In this document: in pieces, positions 30,081 through 40,702 of the stretch
How the letters are laid out: every line of letters begins with the position of its first letter
Numbering within the stretch: position 1 is the stretch's first letter
Source of the DNA: an uncultured Verrucomicrobiae bacterium
GTDB lineage: Bacteria; Verrucomicrobiota; Verrucomicrobiia; Chthoniobacterales; UBA10450
Length of the DNA: 64,000 nt
NCBI GenBank assembly: GCA_963815455.1
Contig: CAWFGO010000002.1
Coordinates: 192,001 to 256,000 of the forward strand
Reading direction: 5' to 3'
Notes under the pieces: model-generated
Seen by the model: only the letters and a program-made list of their open reading frames with translations
Databases searched by the model: none
What the model was told of the DNA's origin: nothing
Made by a program: the position numbers and the translations under genes

Positions 30081-30923
30081 TTAAGGGTAATTTTGGTTTA
30101 GTTGGGATTCAAAGTTGATTGGGGTCTGGTAGGCAAGACTGGAATGAAGTCTGAGGCGGTTATAGAAGGTTTCGATATAGTCGAAGATGGCGGTACGAGC
30201 TTGGGCGATCGTGGCGAAGCGGTGATGATAGACCAGTTCGTATTTGAGGCTGCTGAAGAAGCTTTCGATAAAGGCATTGTCGTAACAGTTTCCTTTTCGG
30301 CTCATCGAAGCGGTCAGGCCATGTTGGCTGAGCAGTTCGCGGTAAGCGGTGCTGGCGAACTGGGCTCCGCGATCGGAGTGGACAATTAGATTTTTTGAGT
30401 AGCGTCGTTGATCGATAGCCATGCGCAGGGCGGCGCTGGTCAGAGCGGTATCGAGAAGCCGATCCATGGCCCAGCCGATGACGCGCCGGCTAAAGATGTC
30501 CAGAACGGCGACGAGGTATAACCAGCCTTGAGCGGTAAGCACGCAGGTCACGTCAGTGGCCCAGACTTGGTTAGGGCGTCGTACGACTAGAGCACGCAGC
30601 CGGTTTGGAGCGATTGGTCCACCGTGACGACTGTCTGTTGTGAAGTGGCGATACTTCGAGCGTTGCCGGGCAAAGATTCGCTCCTTGCGCATGAGCCGGG
30701 CGATGCGATTACGCCTTCCCGGGCAGCCCAACACCTGGGCCAGCCGCGGACTGCCGTAAGTCTGACGACTGCGGGCAAACTCCTCCCGGATGCGTTGACG
30801 CAACCGAATGTTCTCCAGTTGGCGTGGTCCAGGGCTACGCCGCCGCCGGATCCAGGCGTAATAGCCACTACGCGAAACCAAAAGCGCTTCACACAACCAT
30901 GCGATCTTGTAGGAGCCGCTCAT
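30081..30923 (-). CDS. IS3 transposase OrfB (DDE integrase core)
   Basis: YGSPR, WATDVT, DIFSRRVIGW, HSDRGAQF, GNCYDNAFIESFF, YNRLRLHSSL. Confidence 0.95.
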   Translation of the reverse strand: MSGSYKIAWLCEALLVSRSGYYAWIRRRRSPGPRQLENIRLRQRIREEFARSRQTYGSPRLAQVLGCPGRRNRIARLMRKERIFARQRSKYRHFTTDSRHGGPIAPNRLRALVVRRPNQVWATDVTCVLTAQGWLYLVAVLDIFSRRVIGWAMDRLLDTALTSAALRMAIDQRRYSKNLIVHSDRGAQFASTAYRELLSQHGLTASMSRKGNCYDNAFIESFFSSLKYELVYHHRFATIAQARTAIFDYIETFYNRLRLHSSLAYQTPINFESQLNQNYP

Positions 30924-31267
30924 CTGTTCGATTCGGGCATACCTCTCGGCGGCGCTTCGGAGAGGATGCCCAGCGATTTTTTTAAGACTTCACGTTGTTC
31001 TAGAAGTTTTGCGTTCTCGGCGCGCAACCGCCGGATCTCCGCTTCAAGGTCTTCTACGCTGCGTTTAGACTTCGACTCGCTCGGACAGGAGTTCGACTGA
31101 CGTTTGGGCCGCGCCCAACGGTAGAGCAGCGGTGCTCTTATGCCCAGCTCGGCCGCTACTTTGGCCGCACTGCGACCACTGTTACGCCATAACTCCAGCG
31201 CTTCCTTCTTATACTCCTCCGTGTATCTGGCTCTGTCGCGAGCCGGCTTACTTAACTGTGATTTCAT
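30920..31267 (-). CDS. IS3 transposase OrfA (HTH)
   Basis: YTEEYKKEALEL..VAAELGI..LYRW, leucine-zipper-like EIRRLRAENAKL, EVLKKS. Confidence 0.93.
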   Translation of the reverse strand: MKSQLSKPARDRARYTEEYKKEALELWRNSGRSAAKVAAELGIRAPLLYRWARPKRQSNSCPSESKSKRSVEDLEAEIRRLRAENAKLLEQREVLKKSLGILSEAPPRGMPESNR

Positions 31268-31328
31268 GTGGGCTCCTCTCGGGTTTTGACCCCTAGCCCA
31301 CTGTCCGTCAAACTAATGCAACCCTACT

Positions 31329-31410
31329 CTGACCCCGCTCCGTCCCCCATAGTGAGGACTGACCCCGCTCCGTCCCCCTCAATAGTGAGGACTGACCCCG
31401 CTCCGTCCCC
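31329..31410. repeat. Palindromic repeat array, right part ([ATAGTGAGGA]CTGACCCCGCTCCGTCCCC x3)
   Basis: Continuation of the unit interrupted by the IS at 30050. Confidence 0.85.
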
Positions 31411-31411
31411 C

Positions 31412-31609
31412 TGGATGCGAAGCAGAAGTGAAGGCCGTGCTGGAAACGCCGGAGGAAATTCGGCGTAGCAAAAGAGATGCAAACGTCTATCTTTTCTACC
31501 GCAGCCGACGCAACCAGCGTTGGGTCTGCGCCGTAAGTAAACAGGAGGGCCGCACCGGCTTTCTCATTACGGCGTATGTCACCGACGCCATTAAAGAAGG
31601 CGAAAAAAT

Positions 31610-31622
<13 letters not shown>
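31412..31622 (+). pseudogene. N-terminally truncated DUF4258/RelE-like putative toxin
   Basis: VLETPEEIRRSKRDANVYLFY...GFLITAYVTDAIKEGEKIW; overlaps the downstream DUF2283-like gene; 5' end abuts the repeat array. Confidence 0.55.
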
Positions 31623-33064
<1,442 letters not shown>

Positions 33065-33075
<11 letters not shown>

Positions 33076-33493
33076 ACACGAATGGACACGAATGATAAGA
33101 AGCTGTTGTTCAAGGAAGAGGTCTTTCAAATCGTCGGCTGCGCAATTGAAGTTCTGAACACGCTGGGTCATGGCATCGTCGAGAAGCCCTACGAGAACGC
33201 GCTAGTAGTCGAGTTCGGCCTGCGACAAATTCCTTTTCGTCAGCAACCTTCGTTAATGTCCTCTACAAGGGTCAGCCCGTTGGGTTGTTCATCCCCGATC
33301 TGATCGCTTTCGATAGCGTCGTGGTAGATACAAAAGTGATCGACCGAATCACCGATCACGAACGCGGATTAATGTTGAATTACCTTCGGATTACGAAACT
33401 CCGCGTCGGGGTAATCTTGAATTTCAAGCATCCTAAATTGGAGTGGGAGCGGATCGTTCTGTAGATTCGTGTCCATTAGTGTTCATTCGTGGT
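33065..33493. mobile_element. GxxExxY cassette bounded by 29-bp terminal inverted repeats
   Basis: Left ACCACGAATGAACACGAATGGACACGAAT (33065-33093); rc of right arm (33465-33493) ACCACGAATGAACACTAATGGACACGAAT; 28/29 match. Confidence 0.7.
33082..33464 (+). CDS. GxxExxY protein (PD-(D/E)XK nuclease superfamily), frameshift near 33252
   Basis: LGHGIVEKPYENAL (GxxExxY), then YKGQPVGLFIPDLIAFDSVVVDTK...MLNYLRITKLRVGVILNF in the next frame. Confidence 0.88.
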
Positions 33494-34250
33494 TACTCCG
33501 CGGCGGCGACTTTTCGGACTGGTTTGGGCAAAAAGTCGTTACACTTTGATAATCACTTTCCTGGCCCACGCTTCGCCCGATTCCTTGCTGTAGTGAACTC
33601 CGTCACCGCCGGTTTTTCCAGGCACGTATTGCGTCAGACGCCGTGAGTTAATCACCAGATCGCCGCGCGGAATCTCCTGCCAAATCAATCGATAAATCCG
33701 GCCTTGTACTTTCGAGAACCTGGATGAATCCGGCGGGCCGATCCAAATGATCCTGCGTCGGGCGCCGCGGTGCGCAGTGCCGACGAATCGATTAATGAAT
33801 GAACGAATCTGATCGTCGGACAGCGATCGGTCCATCCAGTTCGTGCCCTGTTGCACAATCACGATCGTCGGTTTGTACCGGGCCAGGAGCGATTCCAGTT
33901 TCGGCGTGCCGGTCGGCGGCGGCGCTTTGCCGTTACGAAAATCTTTATAGACATCCGTCGTCGGAGTTCGCTCGCGATAGCCGCACTTGGTATGAAAAAC
34001 CGGCTCCCCTCGTAGCCAGTTCTCCGGCGAAGAACCGCAGGAAGCGAAAAAGGCCACATTCCCGCGGCCGTACATATTTTCGAGATGTCGATCCAACGTT
34101 TCACCAAACCCGCCGACCGAGAGCGAGTCTCCGATCGATCAAGATTCTTGGCGGGGTCGGTATCGGCGGCCTTCTTCCGGCTGGCTGCGAGTACCGAGGG
34201 AGCCAATCACAATCAGAACCGCCAGAGCTAAGTGAAATGGGGCGAAGCAT
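33493..34250 (-). CDS. SGNH/GDSL hydrolase-like exported protein (frameshifted)
   Basis: IGDSLSVGG, QQGTNW, WIGPPD, GGDGVHY motifs. Confidence 0.75.
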
Positions 34251-34266
34251 TCGTGACCAATCTTTC

Positions 34267-35648
34267 TTAACGGGCATTTTCAGGATATCGCGCTTCATCC
34301 TGTATTCGTATGTAAGGTTGCAAGTCGATCCTGCCGGAATCGTCTTTGGATTTCACTGTGTTCCAAATGGAACCCTCAAGCTCACGCAACTCAAGTTTGT
34401 ATGTCCGGCCGACGTGATATCTATGGAGCGATTGTCTGCGCAGGCCGATGTAGGCTGGATGCATCACGAGGATTTGCCTGTCGGAATATTCGCCCGCGAT
34501 CACTTCTTTCACATCATAAATAAAACCGACCAGAAATTCCTGATACGGCAGCAACTGGCTCCGGTGAATCGACTTTGATTTGAAAGCGAGCCGGGCGCGG
34601 ACGACCAGCGTCGCACTATTTGACGGCTCGACGGGCGGCGTGGGCGATGTCACCGCAATCGCCCGCGGTATTGATGCAGGAACCACCGGCCCGGTCGGCG
34701 TCTGTGCCAGCGTCGGCGTCGGTCGGCGTCGCCACTGGCGCACTCGCCACCGAACCGCTGAGCGGTTTCACATTCGCCCATGGCTGCGCCGAAAGATCGC
34801 GATCGATGATTGCATAAACGTTATCCGCCCACGTGTTCATGTCTTCGCCGATGAAATGTTCCTTGTCCGGCTCCATGTGCTTGTAGGGATAGGAAACGAG
34901 CTTGCGACTGTCGATCACGTCGGCGATGCCGCCAATGTCGTGCTGGACCTGATCAAAAACGAAATCCTGAATCTCGGTTGAAACGCGCCCCGAGATCGGC
35001 GGCGCGACCCAGTAGATTTTTCGCAATCGGGACGGAGGCGCGATGGCTTTTTCGACAAAAGGCACGAGGTATTTTCGCAGAGTCGACGCATCCCGGTCCG
35101 GCTTGATTTTTTGGCGGCCAGAAAAAAGACCGAAAAGATTTCCACCGGTTTGCATGACCAGAATGTCCGGCTGAATCGCAGCCACCAGATCTTCCAGTTT
35201 CGGGACCAGGATGCGATTTTGGCTTATGCCCGCGCGTCATTCCGTAAACATCGGGAAGTTCCTTGACCCGATCGGAGTTCGGCACCGACTCGATGCTCCA
35301 GTAACCGCAGTGAGTCTGGACATGAGAGTACGGTTTTTCTTTCAGCCAGCTCAACGGCTGCGTTGCACAGGTGATGTATGTGAACGTGGATTTTACTCGC
35401 GGATCTTCGCGGATTTTTTCGTCGAGTCGTTTGCCGAATCCGCACAAGGCCAGCGAATCGCCGAGGATCAGCACCGTGAGGTTCCGCGGCGAATTCGAGG
35501 ATTGCATTGCGAGCTTGCCCGCGTCGGCCGCGGCGCGTTGTTCACTTATCGGCGGCGTCGGGGAAACTTGAGCGTTTGAGCTAAGTAGGCAGGCCGAACC
35601 AATTGCGGAAACTACCAGCCTTAAACAACGTCGATGTTGTATTCGCAT
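34267..35648 (-). CDS. SGNH hydrolase-like exported protein with C-terminal domain (frameshifted into 3 ORFs)
   Basis: Signal peptide, VLILGDSLALCG, MQTGGN, WVAPP, PDKEHF; Pro/Thr linker then a beta-rich C-terminal domain. Confidence 0.7.
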
Positions 35649-36754
35649 TATTTTGCCACCGGCACCTTTTCCCAGCCCTGGTCCGATTCGGTGAATTCGC
35701 GCGCGGCGAAACACCAGACAATCACCTTTTTCTTCGAGAGATAATCGGGATCTTTCAAGTTGCGGCGGTAAAGGCTGATCCGAACCGCAGTCGCGCCCGA
35801 TCCGCGAGTGCCAATCAAATCGGGAGCAAACCCCAGTTCATTCGCCAACTGGTCGATCAGCCCGGCCTTTTCCCCATGAAAATCATGAAACACGAGTGTG
35901 TGACTATCGCCGACGATCAGAAGCGGACTGTTCGGATCGGGATTGACCGCCGCGCCGGTTTCTTTCTCGCTCACGATTCGAACCGGCACTTTTTCCGGCG
36001 CGGGCTTCCTGCTTTTTGCGCCGAGAAGATCGACAAGATCACCCGTCAATTCGGTCTCTTTCCAGTCAGTCGCGTAATTCTTGCGCGGCTGGGCCGCGAA
36101 TTTTTCGCGGAGTCGGGCAGCGATTGTTTGCGCAGCCAGGACGCATCCAAATCCCGACCAGTGCGAATCTGTTTTGCAAAAGACCGGGCCGCGTTCGTTG
36201 GCGCGATTTTGAACAAAGGCCGGGACAACATCGACAACGTCGATACCGCGGGCCCGAAGTTCACCGTAAAAGCGCTCGAGAAATGGCGCCGCGCTCTGCC
36301 CGTTTAGATCGACATCGGGCACAATTTTCTCCGGATAAATTGCGGCCTTCGGCGGCACTGGCAGCACAAGCAACTCGATTCCGCGCTGTTTGAGTTGCTG
36401 GTAAAAATCGACGATCGCCGGAATTGGGTCCGCGGCTTCGAGTTTGCGCGCCCGGCTGACTTTGGCCGCTTCATCGCCCCAGAATTGACCCATGGAAAGA
36501 AAACGCAGGTCGCCGGCCAGGAACAACCAGTTGTCGATGCCGGCGATTGCGCCGGCGTTTTCTTTTTCAACCGTCCGCGATTTGGTCGCGAGCTCGTCGC
36601 GAAACTTTTGCTGCGCCTCGGAGAACGAAACGGAATCGGCCGCCCCAAAAGCTCCTGGGGCTGCCCACAAACCAGTTAAAATCGCGGTGCAAAGGAATCT
36701 TTTCGGGTTCAAATGAATTCGGCGTTGTGATGGAGGCGGACAACCGCCGGACAT
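35648..36754 (-). CDS. AlgX/AlgJ-like alginate O-acetyltransferase (SGNH)
   Basis: GIDNWLFL, LPVPPKAAIYPE, FCKTDSHWS, LLIVGDSH; the upstream part of the 691-aa track ORF is antisense to the MBOAT gene. Confidence 0.85.
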   Translation of the reverse strand: MSGGCPPPSQRRIHLNPKRFLCTAILTGLWAAPGAFGAADSVSFSEAQQKFRDELATKSRTVEKENAGAIAGIDNWLFLAGDLRFLSMGQFWGDEAAKVSRARKLEAADPIPAIVDFYQQLKQRGIELLVLPVPPKAAIYPEKIVPDVDLNGQSAAPFLERFYGELRARGIDVVDVVPAFVQNRANERGPVFCKTDSHWSGFGCVLAAQTIAARLREKFAAQPRKNYATDWKETELTGDLVDLLGAKSRKPAPEKVPVRIVSEKETGAAVNPDPNSPLLIVGDSHTLVFHDFHGEKAGLIDQLANELGFAPDLIGTRGSGATAVRISLYRRNLKDPDYLSKKKVIVWCFAAREFTESDQGWEKVPVAK

Positions 36755-36805
36755 TTTCGCGTTTTTTCTATAGCCGTCTCGCGAAAAAAAGCACCAAATA
36801 TCAGC

Positions 36806-38281
36806 GTGGTCTTTAGTTCCCACTTTTTCATTTATTATTTTTTGCCCTTCGCGCTGCTCGGTTACTACGCGCTTTTCCGGGCGCCGCAACGGTGGCGCAA
36901 TTTTTGGCTGATCGTTACCGGCTACATTTTTTACGGCTGGGCCGAGCCGCGATTCATGGCGCTCATGTTCGCCACCACGTTCGTGGACTGGCTGATGAGC
37001 CTCGTCATCGCTCACAACTCCTGGAAGGTTTGGCGCGTCTGGCGTTTGCCGGTCAAAATTGTCGATCCTGCGCACCGGAAAACGAAGATCCGGCACGCGG
37101 CGATCACCATCTCGATCGTCTCCAATCTCGCCGTCCTCGGTTTTTTCAAATACTTCAACTTCGGCGTCGATAGCTACAACACGCTGGTCCAGAGCGTTGG
37201 ATTCGCCAACCTGCACTTCGACACGTTCTTCCGCGTGGTGCTGCCGCTCGGGATCAGCTTCTACACGTTTCAGGCGCTCAGTTACACGATCGACGTCTAT
37301 CGCGGCAAGGCCGAGGCGATGGCGAACTTCATCGATTTCTCCTGTTTCGTGTCGATGTTCCCGCACCTGGTCGCGGGGCCGATCCTGAAATTCTCGTTCC
37401 TGGCCGATCAACTCAAGCATCGCCGGCTGACGAGCGACAAATTCGCGCGCGGCGTCGCCTTTTTCCTGCTCGGGCTGGCCAAGAAAGTTCTCCTGGCGAA
37501 TCCGTGCGGCAAGATCGCCGATACCGTATTCGACGCGGGCACGATCGGAACACTGGACGCGTGGTTCGGCTCGATTGCCTACGCATTTCAAATCTATTTC
37601 GATTTCAGCGGTTACTCCGACATGGCGATCGGGCTCGGCCTGATGTTTGGGTTCGTGTTCGCCAAGAATTTCGATTCGCCCTACCTGGCCCAATCGATCA
37701 CCGATTTTTGGCGCCGCTGGCACATCTCGCTTTCAACCTGGTTGCGCGAATATCTTTACATTCCGCTCGGAGGAAACCGGCGCGGCATCACTCGCACTTA
37801 CGCGAATCTCATTATCACCATGCTGCTGGGCGGACTCTGGCACGGCGCGTCTTGGAACTTTGTCATCTGGGGCGGGATTCATGGCGGAATGCTCGCTTTC
37901 GAGCGCACCCAGGGACGGGAAGGTTTCTATCACAACCTGCCGAAGCCGCTCCGCATCGGCCTGACGTTTATTATTGTTCTGCTGGGCTGGGTTTTCTTTC
38001 GCGCGTCGAATTTACGGCACGCGGTCGAATATCTCGCGGCCATGTTCGGCTTGAATCATCCGTTGCCTGCCGCATCGCTCATCGGCGGCGTCATTTACCG
38101 GCCCTACTATTTTCTTTCGATCGCCATCGCCGCCGTCGTGGTTTGGGCCGGAACTCAGACTTGGGATTGGACCCAGAAAATGACTTTGCCAAAGACCGCC
38201 GCCTGTTTCGCGCTCGGCTGGCTCGCGCTCATCGTGCTGGCCACTCAGGAATACAACCCGTTTATCTATTTCATTTTCTAA
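36806..38281 (+). CDS. MBOAT family O-acyltransferase (AlgI/PatA-like)
   Basis: LPLGISFYTFQ, FPHLVAGPI, QIYFDFSGYSDMAIG, FWRRWHISLSTW, GGLWHGA, FIYFIF. Confidence 0.95.
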   Translation: MVFSSHFFIYYFLPFALLGYYALFRAPQRWRNFWLIVTGYIFYGWAEPRFMALMFATTFVDWLMSLVIAHNSWKVWRVWRLPVKIVDPAHRKTKIRHAAITISIVSNLAVLGFFKYFNFGVDSYNTLVQSVGFANLHFDTFFRVVLPLGISFYTFQALSYTIDVYRGKAEAMANFIDFSCFVSMFPHLVAGPILKFSFLADQLKHRRLTSDKFARGVAFFLLGLAKKVLLANPCGKIADTVFDAGTIGTLDAWFGSIAYAFQIYFDFSGYSDMAIGLGLMFGFVFAKNFDSPYLAQSITDFWRRWHISLSTWLREYLYIPLGGNRRGITRTYANLIITMLLGGLWHGASWNFVIWGGIHGGMLAFERTQGREGFYHNLPKPLRIGLTFIIVLLGWVFFRASNLRHAVEYLAAMFGLNHPLPAASLIGGVIYRPYYFLSIAIAAVVVWAGTQTWDWTQKMTLPKTAACFALGWLALIVLATQEYNPFIYFIF

Positions 38282-38282
38282 A

Positions 38283-40110
38283 ATGCCCGCGCCGCCGCCA
38301 AATCCACCCATCTCCAAACGAGGAATCGCTTCCGCCGAAGCACTCGTTGCCCAGCTACAGCGAACCAACTCCGGAGACGCATCGCAAAATTTCGCGCGAA
38401 GAAGAAGCGGAACTGGCGCTAAAGAATACTGAATTCGCAGCCGGGAACGCGGTCGCTTCTCATTGCGCTCTTTCTTGCTCACGATCGCGGCGGTTCCGGC
38501 GATTCAATTCACCGCCGAGCTTCGCGCAACGTCCGCGATTAGCCGGCTCCCGACGTTTCTGGTTTTCAAATCGTTGCCCGCCTGGTCGCGGATTCATCAT
38601 GTCCGCGGAGCGCGCGATCTCTGGAATGTGCTCCCGCATTCGGCGGAACTGAAAGCGGCCGAGCGCACGCTGGAAACCGACTCCGTTGTTTCGCAATGGT
38701 TGTTGCCCCGGACGCAACTTGTCCTGACTGCGCTGCTCCACGCCGGCAACGAACAGGTTTATCCGGGCCGCGACCACTGGCTCTTTTACCGGGCCGATGT
38801 CGATCATGTGATCGGGCCGCCGTTTCTCGATCCATTTCGAATGAAACGCCGCATCCAAACCGGCGCGGTTCAGCCCGATCCGATCAAAGCGATTGTCGAA
38901 TTTCGGAATCAGCTCGCCGCTCGCGGGATCGATCTGGTGGCGCTGCCGATTCCGGTAAAGCCAAGCATCGAAGGCGGATATGTTTTCGTTCGAAGCACCG
39001 AAAGATGACGCGTTGCAGAATGAATCCTTTGCCAGATTCAAGACGCGCCTTCAACAAGAGGGCGTGCGCCTGTTCGATCCCACACCGCTCATGATGGAAC
39101 GAAAAATTGCGGCAAACGAACCGCTTTACCTCGAGAGCGACACGCATTGGCGACCGGAAACGATGGAATTCATCGCGCAAAAGCTCGCCGGTTTTCTCCA
39201 GTTGCCGCCCGCTCCGCGGGAAACTAGCGCCGGTTGTCCTGGAGAAAGAGGTTGTGAGTCATGGCGACGTTGCGACCATGCTGAAACTGCCGGCCACGCA
39301 AAAAGTTTATCCGCCGGAAAAAGTTACGATCCATCAAGTGATCATGGGCAATGCCCTATGGCGACCGAGCACAAACGCCGAAGTCCTGTTGCTCGGCGAC
39401 AGTTTTTCCAACGTCTTTTCCGTGGAGGCGATGGGCTGGGGCGAATCGGCCGGATTCGCCGAGCATCTCAGCCTGGCCTTGCATCGGCCGATCGATTGCA
39501 TCCTTCGCAACAGCGACGCCGCCTTCGCCACGCGTGAAATTTTAAGCACCGAACTCGCTCGTGGCCACGATCGCCTGGCCGGAAAGAAATTGGTGATCTG
39601 GGAATTCGCGGCCCGCGAACTCTCGTTTGGAAATTGGAAGTCGCTCGATCTGAAACTCGGGCAAGCCAAGAACTTCCCGATTTTTTACCCTGAAGTCCGG
39701 TGAAGAGATTGTCGTGACCGGAACAGTCGAGAGCATCTCGCCGGCGCCGCGGCCGGGAACAGTGCCTTACAAGGATCACATCGTGGCGCTGCATCTCATC
39801 GACATTGTAGCCGCGGGCGCCGACCGCGGCTACGGCGGAAGCGAGAAATCTTCGCTAAGCCGAGGTCAGCGCCCTCGGCAACAGAGGCGGACACGTGCAG
39901 GCGGTGGTCTATCTCTGGAGCATGCGCGATAATGTCTGGACACCGGCGGCGCGCCTGCGCCCCGGCGATCGAATCAAGCTGCGTCTGCGCGCGTGGTCGG
40001 ATGTTTCGGCTCAATACGAAAAATTCAATCGAACCGAGTTGGATGATTCTGCTCTGCAACTGGAGGAGCCTGTCTGGGGTGAGTTGGACGAATCAACGTT
40101 GAAGCGTTGA
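38283..40110 (+). CDS. AlgX/AlgJ-like O-acetyltransferase with C-terminal OB-like domain (multiple frameshifts)
   Basis: GRDHWLFY, LPIPVKP, YLESDTHW, LLGDSFSN, VIWEFAAREL spread over 5 ORF pieces. Confidence 0.8.
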
Positions 40111-40178
40111 ACAGTTAAAGCGTTAAAAGCGGAAGACGCCCCCCTTCCCCACTCCAACCCTTCAACGCTTTAACGTTT
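40095..40178. repeat. Inverted element with 8-bp tandem arms (GTTGAAGC / GCTTTAAC)
   Basis: AACGTTGAAGCGTTGAACAGTTAAAGCGTTAAA ... TTCAACGCTTTAACGTT; contains the upstream gene's TGA. Confidence 0.7.
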
Positions 40179-40277
40179 CTCCCTTGGTTTTCTAAAAGAT
40201 CCTTTGCAAAGGGGGCGGGATTATGCTCTGTGAACTGCTGCTTTTTTAACCGAGTGACGCGTGTTTAAAGAACGCCG

Positions 40278-40610
40278 GTGTCGATCCACACGTTAGAATG
40301 TTTATCACACTCCTCTGCTCAGTCTCCCGCTCCGGCGGCGCCGGCCGGTGGCGGCCTCGGCTTTTTTGTGCCGCTCATTTTTATTTTCATCATCATGTAT
40401 TTCGTGATGATCCGGCCCCAGAAGAAGCGGCAGGACGAACAAAAGAAATTGATTTCGAGCCTGAAAACAGGCGACCACGTCGTGACGAACGCTGGCATTC
40501 ATGGCCTGATCTCGAACGTCAAGGACACCACCGTGATGGTGAAAGTCGCCGACAACGTGAAGATCGAGATGGAAAAATCGGCCGTTACGCATGTGCTGAA
40601 AGAAGGTTGA
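40278..40610 (+). CDS. yajC: Preprotein translocase subunit YajC
   Basis: YFVMIRPQKKRQ, LKTGDHVVTNAGIHG. Confidence 0.95.
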   Translation: MSIHTLECLSHSSAQSPAPAAPAGGGLGFFVPLIFIFIIMYFVMIRPQKKRQDEQKKLISSLKTGDHVVTNAGIHGLISNVKDTTVMVKVADNVKIEMEKSAVTHVLKEG

Positions 40611-40699
40611 GTAGTTGAGGACGTTGAGATGACAATGACCACGACCCGCAACTACGAAGCAGGAACTCAACCCCTCAACTTCTCAACCCCTCAACCCTC
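40606..40699. repeat. Inverted element with 8-bp tandem arms (GTTGAG.. / CTCAACCC)
   Basis: GTTGAGTAGTTGAGGACGTTGAG ... CTCAACCCCTCAACTTCTCAACCCCTCAAC; contains the yajC stop. Confidence 0.7.
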
Positions 40700-40702
40700 A
40701 TC

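Larger units (their letters stand above)
30051..31326 (-). mobile_element. IS3 family insertion sequence (~1.28 kb)
   Basis: Imperfect terminal IRs TGGGATTGCCCTGATTGTACGGACAGT / rc TAGGGTTGCATTAGTTTGACGGACAGT enclosing OrfA and OrfB; exact ends approximate. Confidence 0.9.

Noticed and set aside
30045..31335. Target-site duplication for the IS3
   Set aside because: The flanks (GAGGAC | CTCTGAC) do not give an unambiguous 3-4 bp duplication, so none is claimed.
29888..31410. Repeat array as a possible CRISPR
   Set aside because: Units are adjacent or separated by only a few non-unique bases, occur in both orientations, and no cas genes are present.
36755..37723. N-terminal ~320 aa of the 691-aa ORF 35648..37723
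   Set aside because: It is the antisense shadow of the MBOAT gene; AlgX-like sequence with a signal peptide begins only near 36754.
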